A stretch of 63,245 bases of DNA, filler included, from Lenisia limosa (lineage: Eukaryota; Protista; Breviatea), in NCBI GenBank assembly GCA_001655205.1. It is 10 parts of 10 records of this genome, joined end to end, with 100 filler letters (N's around TTAATTAATTAA, not from the genome) between each part and the next. Parts side by side here need not be neighbours in the genome. Positions count along the whole stretch, not along the records: positions 26,636 to 48,693 come from LPNZ01004716.1; positions 48,794 to 50,400 come from LPNZ01008709.1; positions 50,501 to 51,608 come from LPNZ01006772.1; 7 more parts are not named here. One strand, 5' to 3'. How positions within the stretch are numbered: position 1 is the first letter of the stretch; each line of letters starts with the position of its first letter. Under the pieces are notes generated by a model that worked only from the letters and a program-made list of their open reading frames with translations, made no database searches and was not told where the DNA came from. The translations under genes were made by a program, and so were the position numbers. Below are positions 37,745 to 50,521 of the stretch, piece after piece.

Positions 37745-40700
37745 CTAAAAGTGGTTGTCCACAAAGGTACTGAAAATGCCCTTCTATACATTGTGCACAT
37801 TTGAATACCATAAGTCTAGTTCTTCTTCTTCTTGGGTTTCTGAAGGTAAGATTTCCACTGAAGGTACTTACTGGTTCATGGACCACAATATACTTATCAG
37901 GAATGCCAATATCGTTCCGCAAGTAGGACCGAATCTCCCTTTGAAGTTAGAAATATGGTGTTTATTCCAGTGTTTGACATAATGCCAAGACCAACGAATA
38001 AATTGAATTCAAAAATAAATACACCCACTTTGTGACACTTCCCTGGATAAAAACGTCAACACCTGTTGGGTTGTTTTGTACGGTTGCTGAGGCAGCAAAT
38101 TGTTTGGAGAATGCTCGTGCCTATTGAGTCAATCACAAAAAGACAATGACACCAACCAAAGCCTGGGGGTCAAGATGGTAGTTGGTCACTCCGGACAGAA
38201 TTGTAGTTTTCTTGTTTCCAGCCTTAGAGCCCTCCGATATCTGTAACGTTAGAACATAAATGATTCCAAACGTCAATCATTGGCAGCTTCTTCACAATAA
38301 CAGGGTCTTTGTCGGGGAATGATATTTGGAACATTTTGGTCATTCGTTGTTGAAGTCTAAAAAGATAAGAGCCTCCGCCAAATCGAAGCGAACCCTTCAT
38401 AAGCCTCCTTCTTCGGCATAAACATAGTGTTGCTTCTTGTAGAGCTTGATTTGATACATGCCTGAAGGGTTAAAGAACGTAAAAAGGATGGGAGAGTCAC
38501 CAACCAGTTTCAGAACATCGTCCATGCGGTAATTACTTCCATCAGAAAGATTATTTTCAACAGAGTATCTAAAATTGTGATTAAAGCATCAAAAGAAGCA
38601 ACCCACGTCTTGAGAAAGGATTTCAGATCGGAATCAGAAAACAAGTTGTCCTTACTAAAGGGTAAAATAAGAATAAGATTCAATTTGAATTGTGAAGGTT
38701 AAGGTGCGAAATCCTCAAAAAAACAGACCTTCTCATATCGAGTGGGATGAGAGGAGCCACGTCTGAGACCATGCGGTAAACTGCTTGGATCTGAACTGTA
38801 AAACGGACTTCCTCAAACCCTTGTTAGGATAATCCTACATTGCTGTGGGGCCCTACCCTATCATATTGTAGTAGAATAGAGGTAAAATGGGCTAATATAC
38901 ATTCGGTACATAATATCATCTCACTATTTAGGTCACTTTCACACGTGTGAACTATCATTTTCCACGCAGTGAGATGATACCTCATATCCACTCGTGTGAT
39001 AATTGACAAGTCTCAATGATACTCTGATAAACATTCCCTATCACCTCTATTTTATTCGCACTTTTATTGGCATTCGCGGCTGCTTTCTTTGCCTTTTGCT
39101 ACAACAAATTATTACCACAAGAAACACAAACCTTTGCCATGTTCGCCTTGTGTTTAGCAGTAAGATCATCAAGGTTAATGTTAAGCATTGAAATATCAGG
39201 GGGAGGAGTGACAATGGCTGTGCTGATAAGCAAGACTAGAATATGATACCATTTTTATACGCCTGGTGGTTGGTGTTGATTTTCATAACCTTTTGATCGC
39301 CATTAATGTTTTTAGCGGTGATGAGTCCTTTTGCAGCTTTGATCAGATTTGACAACTACAAAATCATTTCAAAATAGCGTTCCAAACCTTCTTATACGAG
39401 CTATTTTTGATATTGAGAGGAACAGGGTAGGGCTCAAGAACTTCTTCACTAAAGAACCCTGCAAGAGAAAAGCCCATTTCCGTTTTGTTCTGGAGGATAA
39501 GTACGCAAAAGAGCAAACCTCAACAGTGCGCACACACGCGCGCGCCAAGGCGTCCATGAACAGTTCGTCCGTTTTGGCGACTGTGAGTCCGGCTGGTTCG
39601 TCCATCATCATAGGGGTGGAAGGTTTGGAGGGCTCCTCGTCTGCCTCCGGCTCGGGCTCCCGGCTCTCTTCGGCCGGACTCTCGACCACAATGTCATTTC
39701 CATCTTCGTCTGACTCGTTGTCCTCCACTCTGAAAATATGGTATAATAAGACGGAAACGAGATTTAGGTTGCATCTGGCCAAAGCCATTCACAAAATATA
39801 TCATATATCATATCATATATTATAGTACTCAACCATTTGACTACAACCCTTACTACACTTCTTATCATACCATCTACCATCATTCTCAACATGAAGACCA
39901 ACCTTTCTTCCCAGTCATCAACATCTCCATCAAGCTAGAACGGTTAGAAGATCCAAAATGCCCAGCAAAAAGGCTCTTTGCTTTTCCAAACAACTACTTC
40001 TCACTTTCATCTTTCTCTCCTTCAATGTATTGGAAAATAGAATCATTAAGCCGACTCGATCCACCAACCTTGACATCCTTGAACTTTGGTTCTGCTTTAG
40101 AGCCCATTTCCCACAGGTGGTCCTCGAATACATGAAGAACTTTGATGGCCTTTCCCTTACGCCCTAAAAACTCACGGATACTCGGTCTTCTTTTTATTAT
40201 TTTCATTTGTTTCTTCAGTAGTCCCTGCTGACTTACATGCTGATATGATATAAATATATTTTTATACATTATGAGCCGATGGTTTGCACAATAGAATAAT
40301 TGATGCATAAAAAATATCTGATTGAGATGTAACAGTTTCCACAGAGTGGACCAACCATTTTGAACAATCTCCATTCGGGACATGATCCACTTTCCAACAG
40401 CCACTGTTCCTCTGAAGCATCACGGGAGCAAAAGATAACAGGCATAATAAGGCTACAGTTACCTTTTACTGCCTCCAACAGACACTGCTACAGGGTCGTC
40501 TTTTTGGAAGTGTCCCAATCCAGCAAGTCCGTCAAAAGGAAGAACAATGCCGGGGAACATAATGTCAGCACCCCTTTTGACAAACTTCATGACTGGCGCA
40601 TGGATGGTAACGCGCAAGATGAGGCTGGGGCACTGCCACATGGCGTACACTAGATAAGAACAGTATAGGTTAGAACTATTGCCACATGGCGTACACTAGA

Positions 40701-41066
40701 GATAAGAACGGTATAGGGTAGAACTATTGCAAACCTGTTGGGAAGTAGTCTTTGTTTACTTGGAAGTAAAGTGGCTCATTATTGACAAGGACAACCTAAA
40801 TATTAAATGTTGAATATCATAAGGAAAAAAGAAATCAATGCTCACTGAAATTTTGTCCTGGAGCTTAGTAATAACAACTCCATCTTTCTTTGGTAAAAGC
40901 AATGGAGATCCGGAAAGGGATTCTAAGGTGTGTTAGTAGGCAAGTACGGTGATATACCAAGGGCGGGAAAACGTTTGACAAGGGTTTGCAGGTGGCGTTT
41001 GCAGTCACTTCCCTTGACCTGGGTCGAAGAGGCTGATAACACACTCTGGGCGGTTTCAAACAGCAT
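37745..41066 (-). CDS. EIF2D: Eukaryotic translation initiation factor 2D (ligatin; PUA-SWIB-SUI1)
   Basis: STQVKGSDCKRHL; NNEPLYF...YFPTVYAMWQCP; FVKRGADIMFPGIV...FQKDDPVAVSVGG; LHVFEDHLWEMG; SUI1 region GSKAGNKKTTILSGVTNYHLDP and YLRNDIGIPDKYIVV. Confidence 0.92.
40634..40730. repeat. 46/48-bp tandem duplication spanning an eIF2D 3' splice site
   Basis: tgccacatggcgtacactag(ag)ataagaac(a/g)gtatagg(t/g)tagaactat x2. Confidence 0.92.
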
Positions 41067-41684
41067 CTTCGCTGAAGAGAACCTTTGTTTTATTGAGCTT
41101 TGACTGTATGACCTTCTATCACCTCTCCTCTACCTTTCCTTCCCAATTGTTGTTTGAGTTGCGTTGTTGTGTTCACAGCTTCACACCAGTTTGCCAGTCT
41201 CAAAGAGCAAGTTTTTTGCGTGAAAAGAGTTGTGTGGGGTGCGACGTGGGGTAGTAGAATATGTTGTAAACTCCTTCTCTTTCCGCGGGCTTCCTCCTCT
41301 TGCCTGTCGCTCGCAATCTTAAGTTCTTAAAAGAAATCTTGACACTTGGAACGCGGCCTCAGTAGGGCCTCAGCCAAGACTCAGCAAGATATTTCACATA
41401 TTGACAGTGCGTGTGGTATAAAAGGGTCAGCAGCAGGTAAACAACAGCAGCCTCTTGCATCATGGCTAACCTTGATGTTGATTCTCTTCCGGACTTCGCG
41501 CTTTCTTTTGGAATTAGAGCTTTTCCGGTTGGTGTCTTTGTGTCTTTGAGGGGTATTGGATGGAGGATAAATTATTGCGTTGTTTAATTTTCTAAACCTT
41601 GACTCGTGTAATAAACTGGGAAGGATCTCAAAAATGTTGTTAGAAAGTAAATGGGTGAATTACATTAATAATCTTATCAATATA

Positions 41685-41750
41685 CAGTGACCGGGAGTCT
41701 TGACCGATTTGCTGTGTGATTTCCCAAGGAAAATCGGTCAAGGGTCATTG
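41685..41750. mobile_element. MITE family C copy 1 (CAGTG termini, TA flanks; Tc1/pogo-like)
   Basis: TA|CAGTGACCGGGAGTCTTGACCGA ... TCGGTCAAGGGTCATTG|TA; shares the internal sequence tgatttcccaaggaaaa with 47043-47120. Confidence 0.82.
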
Positions 41751-41795
41751 TACTTCTCAACATCTTGCATCTGCATGACTGTTCTCTAGGATATC

Positions 41796-44700
41796 ATGGA
41801 CGGAATTCTGAGGCAAGTAACAACAGCGGTTTCTGGTCAAATGCAATCTCGAAGATACAACTTGGTCAAACAAGTTAGCTGTTCATATTAGGCAATTAGG
41901 GTGCTACTGCTTCATGGATCCCGTATGATAGAAGAGACTAATGATTCAGCTTAATAATCTTTCATAACATATTCCCATTGATTTTCCATTTGCTATTCCA
42001 ATGGAGGGTAGTTATGATATATTGGGGGAAAGTAGAAAGATTGTTTGTTTGTGGCAAATGAGCATCAAGAGTTGAGCACAATGTTTCGACTACATTATTA
42101 CGTTTTGCTACATTACCTTCTCACTGTCTTAGGGTTCTACATCTGCCACCGGATTCCTTTGCATAAATCCTGCAGTTCAAGCCTTGGTAAAAAACTACAA
42201 GGAAAACGGCGCAAAGGGTGGGTTTTTGATGTCATTCAACGATCCTCAATCTTCAAACGTTACTTCTTCGCACTTTCCAATCAAATAATATGTAGTATAT
42301 ATAGATATGCATATCTATACTATATAGTATATCATATATTACATATATGATATAATATATATTATCGTTGACTATAATTCCATAGGATTTCTCTCAGGGC
42401 TGAAGTCTTCAAGTGCCAATGTTTTCGGAGGTTTGTTCTTTCAGAGACTGTTCCTTCCTTCTATTCTTCTTGTTTCTTTTGCTATCAATGTCATTTCTAG
42501 TTGTGTTAACTGCTTTTGAGACTTATTATTTAGAAATAATTGCTGGCACTTCACAATTTGTCATTTTTCATTCGCGTAAGTGAGGTGTTTTGTGTTTGCT
42601 TTTGTCTTTTTTCTCTTTTCACTCTCCTAGTCCGTCCGTTCATCAGTGTCAATGTAGGTAGAGGATATCTTCAGCTCGGTTACCCTTTTCAACTCATGAT
42701 CCCTTGTTGTCAATATGACCATTATTATTACTTTCTCTTAATTGATCAGATACTTGAGCCATGCGGAGTTCTGTTCACAATTCTCTGTCTTTCTCCTTTG
42801 ACCATGGCTACTCGCATTTTTCTTGCAACCAAACCTAAAGACATCCAAAAAATTTGTGGGTAAACAAGAGCTATTCTTATTATTTTATGAATAAACCCAA
42901 AATCATATTACCCAGGTAAATTGGATGCCAGCAAGTCCATTTTCTCTATCCTTAGAGCTTTGAAGTCCACTGTTGGATGGCGAGGGCTATGGAAGGCTTC
43001 TTTCTCATTTGTTCCTGTATGATGGTATTTTCTTGACTTCAGTTTTTTTTGATTTGGTGAGTAATTTGAAATAATGCATACAGTTTTTAAAATGAACCTT
43101 CAGGACAATTCTGCTTTGTAGGTTTTCTTATAAAACCAAAAGGTCATTTAAAAAACTGCACGTGTATATTGATATTTGCTAAGTCAAGAAAAAGACTGAA
43201 GGAAACAGTTTCTTATTGCTCAGTTCACTGTACTGTCTCGAGTGTTCCAATTCTTCAGACCAGAGTTATTCAAGCCCGTTCTAAGTAAGTTGAAATGATT
43301 AAAAACCATGAGTAATGGCTATTACCCTCACCAGGTGATAACGAAACAAGTTATCTGCAAAAGAAGCAGTTTTCTGAATCACAGAGCCGGTACCTGAGCA
43401 TTATGATTGCAATTAAGGCCGCAATTTTTAATTGGGTGGTACGCTATTTTTTTCATGGTCGTTCTATTGCTTTTGTAAACAGCCCAAAGATGTGCTTTAT
43501 GGTCGTTCTATTGCTTTTGTAAACAGCCCAAAGATGTGCTTTATTGTCTCAGCTCTACCATGTGGAATTGCTCGCCTTAGTGCCTTTGAGTAATGTGGCA
43601 GTGGCAATGACGACAGCTCTTCTTCAAGGTGACCCCATCGGCCCTCTTGAAGCTGTTTCAATCCTGATCAGTCAGGTGAGTTCAAAACAAGATACCCACC
43701 TTTGTGGTTGTGGTTTTATTGTCTTTTTTGTTCTCTAAGAATATCTCCCTTTGAATATCATAACTAGCAAAGGACCTACCTCCAATGATGGAGGTATAAA
43801 ATGGATTAAAGTGCATTCTGTTAGGGGGCTGTAAGGAGTTACTTCTCTAAGTCTACTAAGGTAGTCTTGAGAGTAATACGCCAAACTAATCAAATCCGGC
43901 CTATTGTTGACATTGCATTTAAGTCGATAGATTATATCACCTTTTGGACCTTACTGGACTTCAGGGCGCTTCTGGCTTATGGACTGCGTACTCTGCTTTT
44001 AGCACGCACGCAACAACAATGATTCTTTTCCGTCTCATTTTGCAAACAGGAATTGCGTTTACTCCGTCGGTAAAAAACTCTACTATTGCAACAGCAGTTT
44101 TGGACTACTTGCCTTTTGGAATGGTCTCGGTATGCTGATATTGGTTTTACCCCCCAGATCAACTTAGAAGAACTTGTTCATACCAGTCAAAATCTACAGC
44201 ATCCATGACTGAAATGGTATCAATATATGTATTTAAACGATCTACAATTTCTATGAGCAAGTTGGAGTCCTTCTAGAGTCAGTCAAATGAGGAAAAGCCT
44301 ACAGTTTTGCTGAAGGCGATTGTGGTCTATTTGAAGGGTTCTGTTGGGTCTTTCGGGGAGGCTGACTGCCGAAAAGGGCCAAAGATGCTAAATTGTAACT
44401 TCAGTGATAAAGACATACAATCTGTTCCTTTTAAATTCATCCTTGTTGCTCCCTTGGCGCTATTTAGGCGCAATAAGGCTTCCTAAACAATTAGTTTCAA
44501 ACACCCGACTTTATGATTTAGTTTCAAACACCCCACTTTATGATTTAGTTGTCGATCAGCTTCACAGCTTGATCCCCATTTGGGGGTGTAGTCAAAAACA
44601 GAAGACTTCTGAAGAATCAGCAACAATTATGAGGAGTTATTACCATAGTAGATCCTGGGGTCTTTGATCCCTTCGAAGAGTTGAGCCGGCCTCCTACACC

Positions 44701-45080
44701 TCCCAGCCCAACTAGGGGCATTGACAGCGTAACTCTATTTTGTTACAAATGTTCGTAGTTGTTATCATGATTTGTCTTACTCTTGACTTGACCGACTGGT
44801 GGCAGTTGACGGACGTTTTGTTCGGCTTGCTCTTTCCTTGAGTATTAAACTCATCACAGCGTATGTACATACATATGTATTATACACACATAGTATTATG
44901 TAGCAAAACAGGTTGTAAAGCTAAATATACTATGATATTATNNNNNNNNNNNNNNNNNNNNNNNNNNNNNNNNNNNNNNNNNNNNNNNNNNNNNNNNNNA
45001 TATTTCCTTAGAATCCCTACTACTCAACAAATAGGCTTCAAAAAGGATTCAAAGTTAAAAATTTCGGCTTCTTATTGAGC
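41796..45080 (+). CDS. Unassigned multi-exon gene
   Basis: A series of ag/gt-bounded exon-like blocks (e.g. LYHVELLALVPLSNVAVAMTTALLQGDPIGPLEAVSILISQ|; FTVLSRVFQFFRPELFKPVL|). No family recognised and ends are uncertain. Confidence 0.4.
43455..43542. repeat. 44-bp perfect tandem duplication (intronic)
   Basis: atggtcgttctattgcttttgtaaacagcccaaagatgtgcttt x2. Confidence 0.93.
44491..44550. repeat. 27-bp tandem duplication
   Basis: ttagtttcaaacaccc(g/c)actttatgat x2 plus ttagtt. Confidence 0.9.
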
Positions 45081-45499
45081 TCTATGTATCCCAAATATTG
45101 TACTTTGACAAGAATTTTAAACCGACTTTTGAAATGAATAAGAAAACAAATCACCCTAAAAGGGTAACCAAAGTCAAGATAATTTTACTTCAAATTTTGC
45201 GAAATAAACACAATGTTTACCTACTGTAGACGTGTTTTTCAAAAATAGAGTGATCTCGTAAAAATAAAAAGAGAAAAAAAAAGCAGAATTACTTGAAAAA
45301 ACGAGAATTAGTAAAAAACCCCAGAATTTAGAACGGCCGATATGATATACTATATCGTATGATATGATAAAAAAAGGAGAACAATCATTTTGGGACTGAA
45401 GCAATACCAAGCAAATAAGGACCCAAATACAGTATCTATTGTTACTCTCAATACCAAGCAAAAAAGAATACAGTATCTTTCTGTTGCCCACTTTTGGTC

Positions 45500-48400
45500 T
45501 GGAAGCTTTCGCCGATTGTGGTCTTTGGTGAAATGCGTGAACCTAAATTTCAGAAAAGCCTAAAGATACCCCTACCTCCCTTGACCGGTTCATTTGTTCA
45601 AGGTCATCCAGAGTTAAGTCTAAAGACATGCTGCCAATGGAATCCTGCGTCACAGTTGTTTCTATCATAGCAGTCTTGGACGGTATCCATTGGGCCGGGC
45701 AGTTTGAACTTGATGTCTGGATGGGTCTGAGAACCGTCCCGGGTTGGGGCTTCGAAGTCGACCTAGACTTTTAGCGGACCAGGGGACCTTGGCGTAACAA
45801 ACCGTGAACTGGGGGACTGTAAAACAACCACTCTCTCAGATTCATTATCAATTCGCTCTGTCTGTAAGCCAAAATCTGACCCTTTGGTGGGCAGGGAAAA
45901 CAGCCTTTGTTCTGAACAATGAGCCCAAATTTAATGCCCCACTCCTCCTACTATGATTATGCCCGGTATGCCTGTCAGACTGTGGCAGAGCCTCCAAAAG
46001 AGCGGATACCTTAAACAACGCAGTGTTAGAGGAAAGGCTGTCATCGGCGCTCTCATATTCTATTGGCGACGTGGAGGGAAGAGGGGTAATGGCAAGCGGC
46101 GAGTCCAGAGTTTTGACTGACATGCTCACTGAAAGAGGCGGATATGTTGGTGATGCGCTTCCCTCTCTACTGCTTGTATCATCACGCGGCCATTCGTTGG
46201 ATTCTGGAGGTGGTGATGGAGTGAGCCAGCGTGGTGTTGAGGGTGTGCTATCTGCTGACATGTTGACGGGTCCAAAGAAGTCGTCGCCTTGGGAGTGAAA
46301 AAAGTTAAAAGTGGGAACTCATACCTAATTGCGGTATTGTCGGAGTCTGAATTCTTGGGCTCAAGTTTTCAAGAGGAGAGGGCACCCGCGGTTTAGACTC
46401 ATTGAAAGGTCTCCTCGGGTCGGAGTTGATATCAATCAAATGCTGGGGTTCCTGGAGGAACACGACAGGAGAAGATGCGGTCTATACTATTAAAGAGCGC
46501 CATGGGTTGCCATTATACTAGTTTCCAGAATAATATATCATATTGTACAAAGACATACTATTACATTTATCATGTTCTAATAAATATAATATGTATTATT
46601 TTTGTAATATAGTTTTATATTAATTATAATATCATAAGTAGTAAATATATATTATATGATATATAATACTACAACATCATAATCATATATTACTTATCAT
46701 ATATCATATATAATATACTAATATCATATAATATCATATAATATACTAAAATCATATAGTATGATATAGTATATAAATAATCATACTAATTATTATTATA
46801 TGATATCGATATAGTATGAATATTATAGTAGTATTATACAACATAGTGTAATAATAAAGTAGTGTTTAAACACATTACTTTGATCATGACATCCAATATG
46901 TCAACATGATTTGATTATGAACACATACTCGCACGTTGCCTACTGTTGGTGTCCTTGGACGAGGTTTGGATGGGCTTTGAGGCTTCTGAACAATCACAAG
47001 TTGAGTGAAAACAAAACATGGAGAGGACGTACTAGGAATACACAGTGATCGGGATAAGTCCTGACCGAATTGCTCTATGATTTCCCAAGGAAAATCGGTC
47101 AAGACTTATCTCGGTCACTGTACATATCATATACGTAATTATATCATATAGCTACTATGTCAATTTCAAAAAGACAGTCCATCATACAATTGGATCTGGT
47201 TTAAATGCCCTAAAGCCCCAGCTCTTTTCTGTAGCAGACTTCGAGAAGGAAATGCACTGAGTAGCTGTCGAGTTTATCTCCTCCTGAAAGTCAGTAGCAC
47301 ATTCTCTCATAAATCCTATTCAGCCTATCCAGAACCATAGTACTCACCGTTTCTTCTCCATCATTTAGAACATAAGTGGGGCTGGAACCAGGATTTGGGT
47401 TATATACTGCGGCCTATGGCGATTACCATTTAGAATTCATTCGAGCGGGTATGTTTATATAAAATATATTTAAAAAAGAAATCTCGTCTCTTTGTTAGAA
47501 TTCAAAGAATACTCTCTAATCAATAAAGGAGGTTATTCAAAGTGAAGTAATTGATGCCCAAAGCGCACCCCTGATGTCGTGGTCACCCCAGCTCTTGAAG
47601 CCAACGAGATGCTCCGAGCCAATGTGGGTCTTCCAGCTGATCCTTCTCCCTGAGTCACTGTTTTCATTCTGTCTCATGAAAAGAAAATAAAAACATCAAA
47701 AACACAATACGGAAAAATAGAAGGCCTGCTTCCAAGAGGTAAGAGCGAAAAGGTCCGGATTGCTGGGGGGGGGGGCAAATACAATAAAAAAAGTACCAAG
47801 AGTTCACCTTCGATTGTATTCAGAATATTGTCGAGTTCGGGTTGAAGAAGCACTAAATAATAAAAATAAAATACCAGAATATTAACACAGTCGTTAAAAT
47901 AAGCAATATAAAAATAACTGAAAAAAGTTGTTCGACTCCAAGTTTTTCACCAACCAGCCCAACCATTGAATAGTTTGCATAGGCTGTTCTTGAAGAAAAT
48001 CTAAAAAGGAATTAGGCTTGTGTTTAATGAGTGAGTGACAATACAAAAAATTGGGAATGACAGGCTAACCAACCCAAATATTCGGAGTTGAGTCGATATG
48101 ATGCCTCCAGGTTCCTTTGTCTTGTCATCTGTTCCTCCATTTGCTTCTGTTTCCGCTGAGCTCGTGCAGCAATTTTTCCACGAATTGAAGTGTCTGGTGC
48201 GTCATCTACACCAATAAAAGACACCAAGTGTGATTTAGTGATTAATTGAGAAAGTTAACTCTATTTTAAGATCACTCATAAGGCATGAGCACATCAAGAG
48301 ACACTGGAATGAATATCCCACTGGTTGGAAAAGTTCTAGACAACTGCTGAGATTTGTACGAAGACCTTGCCTGCAGATAAGAACACTCAGTCCCAAATAG

Positions 48401-48620
48401 TCACCAACCCTGAACCCTGCCTGGGAGGAAAATAAGGGGGCATACTTCTCATTAGCAGCTATCTCCATCTAAACACATAAATAGCTACCCAAAGTGTCAA
48501 TGGGTCAAGGGCGATCAACCTGGTTGAGTTCCAAACTCTCACCATCTCCCAATGGACAAAAACGTTGAGGTAGAAGAGCACAGAACTGCTACAAATACAG
48601 GTAGGTGGATTACAGAGCAG
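45500..48620 (-). CDS. Unassigned multi-exon gene with a Ser/Pro-rich region (5' truncated)
   Basis: Exon-like blocks MEIAANEKYAPLFSSQAGFRVGDYLG, VDDAPDTSIRGKIAARAQRKQKQMEEQMTRQRNLEASYRL, and a long S/P/T-rich exon at about 46010-46290. No family recognised. Confidence 0.45.
46530..46880. repeat. Near-pure AT low-complexity tract of degenerate ATAT(C/G)/TATTA units
   Basis: About 350 bp almost devoid of G/C, rich in atatcatat/tatgatat. Confidence 0.85.
47043..47120. mobile_element. MITE family C copy 2 (78 bp hairpin)
   Basis: CAGTGATCGGGATAAGTCCTGACCGA ... TCGGTCAAGACTTATCTCGGTCACTG|TA. Confidence 0.87.
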
Positions 48621-48693
48621 AGGAGCAGAGTCAATTAAGACTAGGAGGAGTAGAGATTATGTAATATCTACTCCAGATTCAGATAATGAAATA

Positions 48694-48793
48694 NNNNNNN
48701 NNNNNNNNNNNNNNNNNNNNNNNNNNNNNNNNNNNNNTTAATTAATTAANNNNNNNNNNNNNNNNNNNNNNNNNNNNNNNNNNNNNNNNNNNN
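48694..48793. other. Artificial scaffold linker
   Basis: 44N-TTAATTAATTAA-44N. Confidence 0.97.
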
Positions 48794-48849
48794 GGGAGGG
48801 AGGGCTATATAGTAGTTAACATATGATATGTGTATAATAAATAAGTTTT

Positions 48850-50400
48850 TTTTGAGAAATGCCTCGTCATACGAGTAAAGGACTTTTCTTTCTTGGCTTT
48901 GCAGATGACCAGAATGTCGTTGAACATCAGAAACAGCATTGTGTCCTAAAAGAGGTAACGCTGGGTTTGGATGGTGCAAAAAGTATAAAGAAAAAATAAC
49001 GAAGAAAAAAAAAGAAAGAAAGCAGATAGAAAAAGAAAGAAGAAAGAAAGAAAAAAAAAAGATTGAAAGAGAGAGACCCCCCCTCTCCCCACTTTGATTG
49101 GGTATGACAAGCTCATTTGTCCTTCCTTCATGAACACTCGAGAGTCTCGGGCAAATTGCTAAAAAGATCAACTGGGGCGGAGAGCGCCAGGGAGGTGGGC
49201 GCGGAAGTATGGTAATTTGTTTATGGTTTCCCAATATATTTATTTGTTTCCCTAGATTTCTAATGGACATTATTTCTCTTGTTGAAAAATATCAACAAAA
49301 AGAAAAGAAAAAAATATCTTCACATTCTGAAAGTAGTCAATTTTGAGCCAATAATATTTATATTACCTCGATCCCCCCCCCCCCCCCCCCCNNNNNNNNN
49401 NNNNNNNNNNNNNNNNNNNNNNNNNNNNNNNNNNNNNNNNNNNNNNNNNNNNNNNNNNNNNNNNNNNNNNNNNNNNNNNNNNNNNNNNNNNNNNNNNNNN
49501 NNNNNNNNNNNNNNNNNNNNNNNNNNNNNNNNNNNNNNNNNNNNNNNNNNNNNNNNNNNNNNNNNNNNNNNNNNNNNNNNNNNNNNNNNNNNNNNNNNNN
49601 NNNNNNNNNNNNNNNNNNNNNNNNNNNNNNNNNNNNNNNNNNNNNNNNNNNNNNNNNNNNNNNNCCTGCCATCCCCAACCTTTTTAACCCCTCTCCCCCC
49701 TCAGCATAGAGCAATGCAAAATAAAAAAGCAAGGTTGTGTCTGGCCGAAGCCACGCTTATAAGAGATATTGAATTATAGTATAAGATTAATTCACCCAAT
49801 CATTTGCCTTATAACTCTGTGTACACAGCTTTCTGCGTGCCTCCGCAGCATACCACGACCATCTTCAGGGCCTTATGGAGGTTTTGGAAGTCATTGTGCT
49901 CACTGGGGGTCTTCCTAATCAAATCCTGCAGAGATGAAGAATGTAAAAAGAAGAGAGTGTTCGAAATGTGGGGGGGGGGGCAGAGATGAATGGCAAATAA
50001 AGATAGAAGAGAGTGATGGAAAATGTGAAAACAAAAAAAAGCATAGATTAACAATGGAAAATATAGGTTGTNNNNNNNNNNNNNNNNNNNNNNNNNNNNN
50101 NNNNNNNNNNNNNNNNNNNNNNNNNNNNNNNNNNNNNNNNNNNNNNNNNNNNNNNNNNNNNNNNNNNNNNNNNNNNNNNNNNNNNNNNNNNNNNNNNNAT
50201 ATTGTCTTGGATATAGTTGTTTTTTTTTAAAAAAACAATCCAAGTTTTAAAACCGAGCCAAACCTGAAGAAGGAGCTGGTACCGAGGGAGACGTTGAATG
50301 ACTTGAATGAGGTAGCCTTCCAGAGGGAGAGCGCTGGGGTTCTTCTTTGCAACTTCCTAATATGGTAAGTATTTCAGACGAAGCCATCCACACCATCACG
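48850..50400 (-). CDS. Dbl-family RhoGEF fragment (DH C-terminus + PH start)
   Basis: LPLEGYLIQVIQRLPRYQLLLQ|DLIRKTPSEHNDFQNLHKALKMV; SRVFMKEGQM; MLFLMFNDILVICK. Confidence 0.9.
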
Positions 50401-50500
50401 NNNNNNNNNNNNNNNNNNNNNNNNNNNNNNNNNNNNNNNNNNNNTTAATTAATTAANNNNNNNNNNNNNNNNNNNNNNNNNNNNNNNNNNNNNNNNNNNN
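50401..50500. other. Artificial scaffold linker
   Basis: 44N-TTAATTAATTAA-44N. Confidence 0.97.
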
Positions 50501-50521
50501 CCGATATCCCATTAATAACAC

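Noticed and set aside
41796-41900. MDGILRAVSGQMQSRRYNLVKQAI resembling the N-terminus of ARFGEF3/BIG-type Arf GEFs
   Set aside because: Only a short weak resemblance; no downstream DCB/HUS/Sec7 motifs could be confirmed.
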